Below are positions 30,967 through 39,681 of a DNA stretch of 64,000 nucleotides, piece after piece. Under the pieces are notes generated by a model. That model was given only the letters and a program-made list of their open reading frames with translations. It searched no databases and was not told where the DNA came from. Position 1 is the first letter of the stretch. The number at the start of each line of letters is the position of its first letter. Both the position numbers and the translations under genes were made by a program. Origin of the DNA: Dactylosporangium sp. CA-052675 (GTDB lineage Bacteria > Actinomycetota > Actinomycetes > Mycobacteriales > Micromonosporaceae); NCBI RefSeq assembly GCF_050947935.1, contig NZ_CP192010.1:3180935-3244934 (forward strand). Direction: 5' to 3'.

Positions 30967-33038
30967 CGCTGGGCCGCCGCCAGCGCCGCGACCGGCTTGT
31001 CGGCGATGCCGAGCCGGTGGGCCGTGTCGAGCAGGTCGCGCAGCTTGTCCCCGTCGGCGCCGCCGCGCTGGATCTGCTGGGCCAGGAACGCCGACAGCGT
31101 CAGGTTGGACACGTCGGCGGTGCTCATCGAGCCGAGCACCCGCCCGAGGTCGCCGACCAGGTCGCCCCGGCCGTCGAGGTAGGCGGCGCCGACGCTCTGC
31201 ACGACGTCGGAGTGCTGCACGAGCCCGTCGATGCTCTTGCCGAGCGTGATCGAGCCGAGCAGCTTGTCGAAGAACACGCCGTCGCCGCCGACGATGTCGA
31301 TGTTCGCCTTCTCCAGGCCCGCGGCCAGCACGTGCGCCTGCTGCTCGGCGACCTGCCGGTGCACGTCGATGCCGGCGAGGCGGACCTCCTTCTCCATCTC
31401 CAGGCGCAGGCGGTACTCCTCGTGCCCGCGGGTCGCGGAGTCCATCGCGGCGAGCGCGGCGGCCTTCTCGGTGAGCCCCTCGGCCTCGCCCTTGAGCTTG
31501 TCGCGCAGCGCGTCGGCGAGCGCGGACGCCTTCTCCCGCTCGACCGCGGCCTCGGCCAGGCCGGCCTTCTCGATCGTCTCGGCGCTCGCGACCGCCTTCT
31601 CGCGCTCGACCGCGGCCTCCGCCCGGCCGACCTTCTCGATCGCCTCGGCGTTGCGCTCGCGCACCTGCACGTCGGCCAGACCGGCCGCGGCCGCCTCGGC
31701 CTGCACGCCCTCGGCGAGCCGGATCTTGGCCCGGGCCTCCAGCTCCGCGGTCTGCTGGCGGGCCTCGGCCAGCACCAGCTCCTCGCGGGCCCTGAACTTC
31801 GCCGCCTGCTCCGCGGCCTCGGCCGCCTTGATCCCCTTGACCAGGTTCTCCTGCGCCTCCGCCTCGGCCGCGATGATGACCGCCTGGCGGGTGCGCTCGG
31901 CCTCCTCGACCACGCGGAGCCGCTTGATGTGCTCCTCCTGTTCGGCGACGGTCCGCTCGACCGCGATGCGCTCCCGGACGACCTCGGCGATGGCCCGCTT
32001 CTCGGCCTCGACCTCCTTGTCCTTGGCGATCGTGCTCAGCTCGGTCTCCCGCTGCCGGGCGATGACCTCGAGCATGCGGTCCTTCTCGATGCGCTCCGAC
32101 TCGATCGCGATGACCCGCTCGCGGTTCTTCTCGGCCACGGCGATCTCGCGCGACTTGTTCTCGTGCTGGATGCCGACCTGCTCGTCGGTGCGGATCTCGG
32201 CGGTCTGCGACTTGAGCCGCTCCTCGGCGCGCACCCGGGCGGTCTCGGCCTCCTCCCGCGCCCGCAGGATCGCGACCTCGCGCTGCTGCTTGATCTCCGC
32301 CTCGGCCTGCCGGCGCTCCAGCTCCAGGATCGCCTCGCGGGCGTCGACGTCCTGGCGCTTGATCTCCTTCTCCTCGGTGCGCCGGTACTCGTTCGTGCGC
32401 ACGTGCTCGATCGCGGTCAGCTCGGTGATCTTCCGGATGCCCTGGGCGTCGAGGATGTTGGCGTTGTCGAGGCTGTGCAGCGGCGTCTGCTCGAGGAAGT
32501 CGATCGCGGCGTCCTCGAGGCTGTAGCCGTTGAGGTCGGTGCCGATGACCCGGACGATCTGGTCGCGGAACTCGTCGCGCTTGGTGTAGAGGTCGACGAA
32601 GTCCAGCTGCTTGCCGACGGTCTTGAGCGCCTCGGAGAACTTGGCGTTGAACAGCTCCTGCAGGGTCTCCTGGTCGCTGGCGCGCACGGTGCCGATCGCC
32701 TGGGCGACCTTGATGACGTCCTCGACGGTCTTGTTGACCCGCACGAAGAACGAGATGCGGATGTCGGCCCGGATGTTGTCGCGGCAGATCAGCCCCTCCC
32801 GGCCGGTCCGCTCGATCTCGATCGTCTTGACCGAGATGTCCATGACCTCGGCCTTGTGCAGGACCGGCAGCACGACCGCGCCGGTGAACGTGACGTCGAC
32901 CTTGCTGACCTTGGAGATGATCAGCGCCTTGCCCTGCTCGATCTTGCGGAACAGCCGGCTGATGGCGATGAGCACGCCGATCGCGGCGAGCACGACCACG
33001 CCGAGCACGACGAGGAAGCCGGTGGTGAGAACGGTCAT
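30963..33038 (-). CDS. flotillin-family protein (SPFH/band-7 domain with long EA-rich coiled coil, FloT/YqiK-like)
   Basis: An N-terminal TM helix is followed by an SPFH domain and then about 350 aa of EAEKRA-type heptads. Confidence 0.8.
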   Translation of the reverse strand: MTVLTTGFLVVLGVVVLAAIGVLIAISRLFRKIEQGKALIISKVSKVDVTFTGAVVLPVLHKAEVMDISVKTIEIERTGREGLICRDNIRADIRISFFVRVNKTVEDVIKVAQAIGTVRASDQETLQELFNAKFSEALKTVGKQLDFVDLYTKRDEFRDQIVRVIGTDLNGYSLEDAAIDFLEQTPLHSLDNANILDAQGIRKITELTAIEHVRTNEYRRTEEKEIKRQDVDAREAILELERRQAEAEIKQQREVAILRAREEAETARVRAEERLKSQTAEIRTDEQVGIQHENKSREIAVAEKNRERVIAIESERIEKDRMLEVIARQRETELSTIAKDKEVEAEKRAIAEVVRERIAVERTVAEQEEHIKRLRVVEEAERTRQAVIIAAEAEAQENLVKGIKAAEAAEQAAKFRAREELVLAEARQQTAELEARAKIRLAEGVQAEAAAAGLADVQVRERNAEAIEKVGRAEAAVEREKAVASAETIEKAGLAEAAVEREKASALADALRDKLKGEAEGLTEKAAALAAMDSATRGHEEYRLRLEMEKEVRLAGIDVHRQVAEQQAHVLAAGLEKANIDIVGGDGVFFDKLLGSITLGKSIDGLVQHSDVVQSVGAAYLDGRGDLVGDLGRVLGSMSTADVSNLTLSAFLAQQIQRGGADGDKLRDLLDTAHRLGIADKPVAALAAAQR

Positions 33039-33078
33039 AAGAGCTCCTGTGTCCGGGGGTGGGTCCAGTTGGAGCGGG

Positions 33079-33654
33079 TCAGTTCGGGGTGGATCCGTCC
33101 GGGGTGGATCCGTTCGGGGCGGGGACGACCCAGAAGAACTCGCCGTCCCGGTCGTATTCGTAGATCACCGCGGGGCTGCCCGCGGCAAAGCTGTCGGCGC
33201 CGGTCTGGCGGACCTGGACGATCGCGCTGGAGCCGTCGTCGGCGGTGACCTCGGCCTGACCGAACGACTCGGTCACGGTCCCGGTGCGAATCACGCACGA
33301 CCGCCCGACGAACGCGGTGCGGGAGTCGCCGCCCGTCGCCGGGGTGAGCCGCCGCAGCGGGATCGCGGCCAGCCGCGCCGCGAGCCACCCGGCCGCCAGC
33401 GCGACCAGCAGCACGGCCACGCGCGGCAGGGCGCCGCGGACGACGGCCGAGCCGGCCAGGCTGACGAACCAGGCGACCGGCACGAGCACCGAGAGCCCGA
33501 CCGCGATCGGCGCCCCGAGCAGCCCGGCCCCGGCGTCGAGCAGGTCGGTGTCGGCGCCCCCGAGGAGCACGACGAGCCAGTACGCGATGACGACGGCGAG
33601 CAGGACGGTGAACAGGACGGTCGGGAAGCCGAGGATCGCGTCGAGAAACTCCAT
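33079..33654 (-). CDS. NfeD-like membrane protein (YqiJ/YuaF-type, C-terminal OB-fold)
   Basis: There are three TM helices and a beta-rich C-terminus. It lies 41 bp upstream of the flotillin gene. Confidence 0.6.
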   Translation of the reverse strand: MEFLDAILGFPTVLFTVLLAVVIAYWLVVLLGGADTDLLDAGAGLLGAPIAVGLSVLVPVAWFVSLAGSAVVRGALPRVAVLLVALAAGWLAARLAAIPLRRLTPATGGDSRTAFVGRSCVIRTGTVTESFGQAEVTADDGSSAIVQVRQTGADSFAAGSPAVIYEYDRDGEFFWVVPAPNGSTPDGSTPN

Positions 33655-33814
33655 CGGCCCGTCCCGTCCCCCTCCGCTCGTGTGTCCGCATGGTGACAGG
33701 CCGCGTCAAGACCATGTTCGCGACGGCGCGCGGGCCCGCACGCCGCCGACCGGGTTCCCGGACGACGCGACGGCGCCGGCCGTGGCGCTCGGCGAACGCC
33801 GCAATTCGGGCAAT

Positions 33815-33836
33815 CTTTCGCTGTATTCAGCGAAAG
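33815..33836. promoter_or_regulatory. inverted repeat CTTTCGCTG-TATT-CAGCGAAAG in the divergent promoter region between the NfeD operon and the PA14 gene
   Basis: Perfect 9-bp arms. Confidence 0.3.
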
Positions 33837-33989
33837 TTATCGACATCTGGACGGAAGTCCCCTAGCGTGTCGTGGCATATCGACGGTCGTCGGTTCCGCC
33901 AGTGCCGACGAACGCCCCGATGACCCGTGCCCGTCTTCGGCGAGCGCGCGCGGGAGTCCGTGACCGGCTCCTACCCCTTGGAGCGTTCC

Positions 33990-36900
33990 GTGAAGCGATG
34001 GACGACCCTCTTCGCCGTGCTGCTCGCGGGCGTCGGCCTGCTGCCGGCGATCCCCGCCGCGGCCGCGGTGCCACCGCAAGAGCCCGGCGTCACCCTGCGG
34101 GTCTTCGACCTGCAGACCCCGCAGAGCTCCATCTGCGTGCTCAAGTCCGGGCAGACGCCCAACGTCGACAAGCTCATGCCGACCGTCAACTGGACCAGCG
34201 CCGCCGACTTCGGCGGGCTGGAGGACTACTTCCAGGCCCAGGTCATCGGCAACGTCAGCATCCCCAGCGCCGGCACCTACGCGTTCCGGCTCACCAGCGA
34301 CGACGGCTCCCGCCTCGCCATCGACGGCGCCAACGTCATCAGCAACGACGGCCTGCACGGCGCGACCGCGGTCGAGGGCAGCGTCGCCCTCACGGCCGGC
34401 TACCACGCGCTGCGCATCGACTTCTTCGAGCGCACCGGCGGCCAGCAGTTGACCCTCGAGTGGCGCCCGCCGGGCTCGAGCGCCTACGCGCTGGTGCCGA
34501 ACTCGGTGCTGAGCACCGATGCCGGGGTCGTGCGCGTCACCGCCCCCGGGCGCAAGGAGTGCGAGGGATCCGCCGACTCGCCCGGCGACGGGCTGCCGCT
34601 GACGTCGCTGCACCCGGGGTACACCCTGACGAACCTGCGCCCGAACGGCTTCAACCCGCAGGTCAGCGCGATGGACTGGTTCCCCGACGGGCGTCTGGCC
34701 ATCGCGACCTGGGGCGGGAGCCTCAACACCACGGGCGAGGTCTACATCCTGCGCAACGTGACGGGCGCGACCTCGCCGTCGCAGGTGCAGTACACCCGGA
34801 TCGCCTCCGGACTGAAGGAGCCCATGGGACTCAAGATCGTCGACGGCGTCATCTACGTGTCGCAGAAGCACGAGCTGACCGAGCTCACCGACACCGACGG
34901 CGACGGGCAGATCGACCGCTACCGCACGGTCGCGACCTGGCCGTTCGACGGCAACTTCCACGAGTTCGGGTTCGGGCTGCTGTACCAGGACGGGTACTTC
35001 TACCTGAACCTGTCCGTCTCCATCAACCAGGGCGGCGCGACCACCGACCCGCAGGGCTCGCCGAACCGGGGCACCAGCCTGAAGATCAACCGCTCGACCG
35101 GCGCCGTGCAGTACGTCGCCGGCGGCCTGCGCACCCCCGACGGCATCGGCTGGGGACCGGCCGGGGAGCTGTTCGTGACCGACAACCAGGGCGGCTGGCT
35201 GCCGGCGTCGAAGCTGGTGCAGATCAAGCAGGACCGCTTCTTCGGCCACTACACCAACCCCGACGGCCCGTTCGACGGCCAGCCGGTCACCCAGCCCGTG
35301 CTGTGGCTGCCGCAGAACGAGATCGCCAACTCGCCGAGCACCCCGCTGGTGCTCCACAATGGACCGTACGCCGGGCAGCTGGCGTTCGGCGACGTGACGT
35401 ACGGCGGCATCCAGCGCGCCTCGCTGGAGCAGGTGAACGGCGAGTACCAGGGCGCGGTCTTCCGCATGACGCAGGGGCTCGAGATGGGCGTGCTGCGCAT
35501 CAGCGAGGGCCCCGACGGCGCGATCTACGCGGGCGGCCTCGGCGCCGGGGGCAACTGGGGCCAGGAGGGCAAGCTCACCTACGGCCTGCAGAAGATCACC
35601 CCGAACGGCACGAACGTCTTCGACTTCAAGGCGATGCGCGTCAAGCCCGGCGGCTTCGAGCTGGAGTACACCCAGCCGGTGTCGACCGAGACGGCGGCGC
35701 AGCTGGCCTCGCGCTACACGTTCAAGCAGTGGCGGTACGTCCCCACGCCGGCCTACGGCGGCCCCAAGGTCGACGAGGAGTCGCTCCAGGTCACCTCGGC
35801 GACGCTCTCGGCCGACCGGCTGAAGGTCACCGTCCAGGTCGCGGGCCTCAAGCCGGGCCGGGTCGTCCACGTGCGCTCGCCCCGGCCGTTCACCTCGACC
35901 ACGGGCCAGTCGCTGTGGAGCACCGAGGCCTGGTACACCCTCAACGCCCTCGCCGACGGCACGCTCCCGCCGACCGGCCAGCAGGAGGCCGAGTACTCGG
36001 GCCTGAGCGGCAGCGCGGGCGTCGCGACCGACCACAGTGGATACACCGGCACCGGCTTCGTGGCCGGGTTCGGCAACGCGGGCGCCGCGGCCACGTTCAG
36101 CGTCGCCGCGCCCAGCGCCGGCGCATACACCGTGGCGCTGCGGTTCAGCAACGGGCCCAACCCCTCCGCGGGGACGAAGACCGTCAGCCTGTACCTCAAC
36201 GGCGCCAAGGTGAAGCAGCTGTCCCTCGCGGACACGGGCAACTGGGACACCTGGGCGACGGCCACCGAGACGCTCCAGCTGCGCGCGGGCGGCAACGCGA
36301 TCGCCTACCGCGTGGACAGCGGCGACATCGGCCACGTCAACCTCGACAACATCACCGTCGCGCCGGCCGGCGGCGGGGGAGCGGCGGACCACACCGGCAC
36401 CATCACCGGCATCGGCGGCAAGTGCGTCGACGTCAGCAACGCCGGCACCGCCAACGGCACGAAGATCCAGCTGTGGACCTGCAACGGCTCAACCGCGCAG
36501 AGCTGGACCCGCACCGGCGACACGCTGCGCGCGCTGGGCAAGTGCCTGGACGTCGACAACGGGGGCACCGCGAACGGGACCAAGGTGCAGCTGTACGACT
36601 GCAACGGCTCGGCCGCCCAGGTGTGGCAGGCCGGGGCGAACGGCACCCTGCGCAACCCGCAGTCCGGCAGGGTGCTCGACGCGGCCGGGGGCGCCTCCGC
36701 CGACGGCACCCAGCTGCAGATCTGGGACGCGGCCGGGGTCGCGCAGCAGAGCTGGGTCCACAATGGAGCCTCGCGGGTGACCCTGTTCGACGGCGGCAGC
36801 CTCAACGCGTTCGCCAACGCCGACGGCACCGCCCCGACCTGGCCCGTCTCCGGCGGCTCGGCGGAGGTGCTGGGCGGGGACATCCGCACGAAGCAGGCGT

Positions 36901-37352
36901 ACGGCGACTTCAAGCTCCACGTCGAGTTCTGGCTGCCGAACCTCCCGGCCGACGTCACCGGCCAGGCCCGCGCGAACTCCGGCATCTACCTGCAGGACCG
37001 CTACGAGGTCCAGGTGCTCGACACCTACGGCAAGACCTCGCTGGCGAACAACGACTGCGGCGCCATCTACCTCAAGCGGGCGCCCGACAGCAATCCGGCA
37101 ACGGCGCCGGAGACCTGGCAGACGTACGACGTGACGTTCCGCGCGGCCCGCTGGAACGGCACCACGAAGACCGAGAACGCCCGGGTCACCCTCGTGTGGA
37201 ACGGCGTCACGGTGCACAACAACGTGGCCGTCGACGGGCCGACGGGCGCGGGTGCCGCCGAGAGCCCGGCGGCGCTGCCGATCCGCCTGCAGGACCATGG
37301 CGATCCCGGCGCGAACGTGCGCTACCGCAACATCTGGATCGAGCCCGTGTGA
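33990..37352 (+). CDS. secreted multidomain carbohydrate-active protein: PA14, SGL/PQQ-type sugar-dehydrogenase beta-propeller, CBM6/35-like, ricin-B (CBM13) lectin, DUF1080 (3-keto-disaccharide hydrolase-like)
   Basis: GTG at 33990 with GGAG. There is a signal peptide. Ricin-B QxW-type repeats are present (QLWTC, QLYDC, QIWD). The DUF1080 tail has the pattern GDFKLHVEFW...NSGIYLQDRYEVQVLD...NDCGAIY. Confidence 0.7.
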   Translation: MKRWTTLFAVLLAGVGLLPAIPAAAAVPPQEPGVTLRVFDLQTPQSSICVLKSGQTPNVDKLMPTVNWTSAADFGGLEDYFQAQVIGNVSIPSAGTYAFRLTSDDGSRLAIDGANVISNDGLHGATAVEGSVALTAGYHALRIDFFERTGGQQLTLEWRPPGSSAYALVPNSVLSTDAGVVRVTAPGRKECEGSADSPGDGLPLTSLHPGYTLTNLRPNGFNPQVSAMDWFPDGRLAIATWGGSLNTTGEVYILRNVTGATSPSQVQYTRIASGLKEPMGLKIVDGVIYVSQKHELTELTDTDGDGQIDRYRTVATWPFDGNFHEFGFGLLYQDGYFYLNLSVSINQGGATTDPQGSPNRGTSLKINRSTGAVQYVAGGLRTPDGIGWGPAGELFVTDNQGGWLPASKLVQIKQDRFFGHYTNPDGPFDGQPVTQPVLWLPQNEIANSPSTPLVLHNGPYAGQLAFGDVTYGGIQRASLEQVNGEYQGAVFRMTQGLEMGVLRISEGPDGAIYAGGLGAGGNWGQEGKLTYGLQKITPNGTNVFDFKAMRVKPGGFELEYTQPVSTETAAQLASRYTFKQWRYVPTPAYGGPKVDEESLQVTSATLSADRLKVTVQVAGLKPGRVVHVRSPRPFTSTTGQSLWSTEAWYTLNALADGTLPPTGQQEAEYSGLSGSAGVATDHSGYTGTGFVAGFGNAGAAATFSVAAPSAGAYTVALRFSNGPNPSAGTKTVSLYLNGAKVKQLSLADTGNWDTWATATETLQLRAGGNAIAYRVDSGDIGHVNLDNITVAPAGGGGAADHTGTITGIGGKCVDVSNAGTANGTKIQLWTCNGSTAQSWTRTGDTLRALGKCLDVDNGGTANGTKVQLYDCNGSAAQVWQAGANGTLRNPQSGRVLDAAGGASADGTQLQIWDAAGVAQQSWVHNGASRVTLFDGGSLNAFANADGTAPTWPVSGGSAEVLGGDIRTKQAYGDFKLHVEFWLPNLPADVTGQARANSGIYLQDRYEVQVLDTYGKTSLANNDCGAIYLKRAPDSNPATAPETWQTYDVTFRAARWNGTTKTENARVTLVWNGVTVHNNVAVDGPTGAGAAESPAALPIRLQDHGDPGANVRYRNIWIEPV

Positions 37353-37356
37353 GGGT

Positions 37357-38388
37357 TCAAGGGGCCAGGCGCTCGCTGAGCCAGGCCAGCGCGAGCGGGT
37401 AGCGGTACTCGATACCGCCGTGGCCGGCGTCGAACAGCTCGAAGTACACCTGCGGCTGTTTGACGCCGGCCGCGAGCACCCGGTCCAGGAACGCGGACGC
37501 GCCGAGGTCGAGGAAGTACTCGTCGCGGCGGCCGGCGTCGATCCAGATGCCACGCATCGAGCGCAGGGCCTCGGCGTACTGCGGCTTGGCGGCCATCACC
37601 ACCGGGTCGCGGTCGAGCCACCGCTGCCAGACCGGCGCAATCAGGGCGCCGTTGTCGTCGAACGGCATGCGGACCGTGCCGTCCTCGTCGGCCGAGTAGG
37701 CCGCCGCGTACGCGTAGAGCTCCAGCAGCTCGATGTCGCCGTCGCGCGGGATGCTGCGCTCGCGGAACTCCCGCAGGAACGCGTCGTAGGAGCCGCCGTA
37801 CTGGTCGCGCAGCTGCCGTGCCAGCCGCGGGAAGGCGGGCTGGTTGCTCACCTCGAACAGCGCGTCCCCGGCGTGGGTCGCGAGGGCGCCGAACACGTCG
37901 GGGCGCAGCATGGCGGTCACCATCGCGCCGTAGCCGCCGCTGGACTTGCCGCTGATGCCGCGGTGGTCGCGGCCGGCGAGGGTCCGGAACCGGCCGTCCA
38001 CGAAGGGCACGACCTCCTCGCAGAGGTACGTGTGGTAGCGCCCGGTCGCCGGCGAGTCGAGGAACTGGCTGCCCCCGAGCGCCGTCCAGGCGTCGAAGAA
38101 CACCACGATCGCGGGCGGCGCCTCCCCGCGGGCGAACATGGCGTCCATCAGCTCCGGGTAGGGCTGCCGGAAGGCGGGACGGTTCCACCACATGCCGAGA
38201 TGCCCGGTGTACCCCTGGCCCACGTAGACCGCGGGGTAGCGCCGCGACTCGTCCTCGTCGTAGCCGGGCGGCAGGTACACGAGCAGGGGCCGCTCGTGCG
38301 GATCCCCGAGCGGGTTGCCGCGCAGCACGGCACTGTCGACGACGAGCTCCTCGAAGCGCCCGGCCGGCTCGGATTTCCAGGGCAGCAT
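37357..38388 (-). CDS. esterase (PF00756 'putative esterase'/CE1-like alpha/beta hydrolase)
   Basis: The nucleophile motif is GKSSGG. The stop is 4 bp from the PA14 gene stop. Confidence 0.7.
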   Translation of the reverse strand: MLPWKSEPAGRFEELVVDSAVLRGNPLGDPHERPLLVYLPPGYDEDESRRYPAVYVGQGYTGHLGMWWNRPAFRQPYPELMDAMFARGEAPPAIVVFFDAWTALGGSQFLDSPATGRYHTYLCEEVVPFVDGRFRTLAGRDHRGISGKSSGGYGAMVTAMLRPDVFGALATHAGDALFEVSNQPAFPRLARQLRDQYGGSYDAFLREFRERSIPRDGDIELLELYAYAAAYSADEDGTVRMPFDDNGALIAPVWQRWLDRDPVVMAAKPQYAEALRSMRGIWIDAGRRDEYFLDLGASAFLDRVLAAGVKQPQVYFELFDAGHGGIEYRYPLALAWLSERLAP

Positions 38389-38436
38389 GCGTACCTCCAG
38401 TGCCTTCGCGGATCCCGGCGGCGCGACCCGCGCGCC

Positions 38437-38925
38437 TTCACCCTACGTCGGCCTGGATGTGGCGTGGCGGGTCCCCGGCCTCCTCCTGGATGTGGCGTGG
38501 GTTCCCCGGCCTTCTCCGGGCTGCGGCGTGGCGGCTCCCCGGCCTCGTCCGTGGCAGGCCTTGCTCCGGTGCTTGCCGGGGCGGGCGGTCGTCAGGCCGC
38601 GCCGAACGCCGCCCAGTCGACGAGCCGGCCGTCGAAGGTGCCGCCGTCGCGCAGGATGCTCGCGACGCCGTCGCGCAGCGGGACGCTCATCTCGCGCAGC
38701 TGGTTCGCGACCAGCGGCTCGAACATCGCCGGCCGCAGGTGCCACCACCGGGCCATCAGGCCGCGCCGAACGCCGCCCAGTCGACGAGCCGGCCGTCGAA
38801 GGTGCCGCCGTCGCGCAGGATGCTCGCGACGCCGTCGCGCAGCGGGACGCTCATCTCGCGCAGCTGGTTCGCGACCAGCGGCTCGAACATCGCCGGCCGC
38901 AAGTGCCACCACCAGGCCATCAGGT
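38437..38925. repeat. repeat-rich region. About 3 copies of a ~33-bp unit (CTGGATGTGGCGTGG...) lie at 38437-38560. A tandem direct duplication of ~165 bp (38595-38760 = 38761-38924, two mismatches) duplicates the 3' end of the downstream-called gene.
   Basis: Direct comparison of the two blocks. Confidence 0.65.
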
Positions 38926-39217
38926 GCTCCGGCCCGTAGCTGGACGGGTCGGCGAGCAGGTCGCGCCACTCGCCCCGCAGCGTCGGATACTCCTGCGGCA
39001 GCCGCTCCAGCACCCCGAACCAGTTTCCCCAGCTCACGACCATGAACAGCCGCAGCCGATCGCGGGCCCAGCGCAGCGCGGCATCGTTCCCGGCCGCGCC
39101 CGCGTCACGCAGGACGCCGGCCAGGTACTCCTCGACGACCGCGGCCGCACCGCTCACGTCGATCGTCCCGCGGTGGCGGATGGCGTCACGCAGCACGGCG
39201 AGTTCGGGATCGGGCAC
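38756..39217 (-). CDS. hypothetical protein (about 153 aa). Its last ~55 codons are duplicated in tandem just beyond its stop.
   Basis: In-frame GTG at 39217; the W-rich C-terminus is MAWWWHLRPAMFEP. There is no SD and the start is uncertain. Confidence 0.3.
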   Translation of the reverse strand: MPDPELAVLRDAIRHRGTIDVSGAAAVVEEYLAGVLRDAGAAGNDAALRWARDRLRLFMVVSWGNWFGVLERLPQEYPTLRGEWRDLLADPSSYGPEHLMAWWWHLRPAMFEPLVANQLREMSVPLRDGVASILRDGGTFDGRLVDWAAFGAA

Positions 39218-39681
39218 GGCGCCATTGTGCGCAGGCGCACACCCGGCATTGCATCGCCGTTCGGCCACTGTATTCCGGGATCGCCGTCGATTTTCGGCTC
39301 CCGCGTTCGCGACCCTGTGCTCGGCCGCCTGCCTGCGGTCCGCGCCCGGGCCTCCGCAATTCCTCGAGTCCTGGCGGCGCGTCGCAATGCGCGGTGCCTG
39401 CTGCCGCCGCTGCTCCGCCGCCTGCGGGGTGCCTGCTGCTGCTCGTCGCATGCGCGGTTCGTGCTCCTGCGGGCCGTCGCAATGCCCGGCTTTACCGCGA
39501 AATGTCGAAGCGGTTCGAGGTGAATATTTCAGTCTTTGTGCTCCATGAAGCAGCAGGTCAGAGCGCCTGTCGCGGGACATCGCGCCGCCCTGCATTTGAG
39601 CGCGTCGGCGGCGGTGCGTGACGATCCCCGTCCCGGGCGAGCCAGCCGCCCGGCTCGACCCGTACCCGGAGGAACATCGAC

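Noticed and set aside
25636-31182. A 1,848-aa plus-strand ORF antisense to the giant ATPase gene
   Set aside because: The product is low-complexity (R/G/P/A). The minus-strand frame has clear AAA+ motifs and a coupled start.
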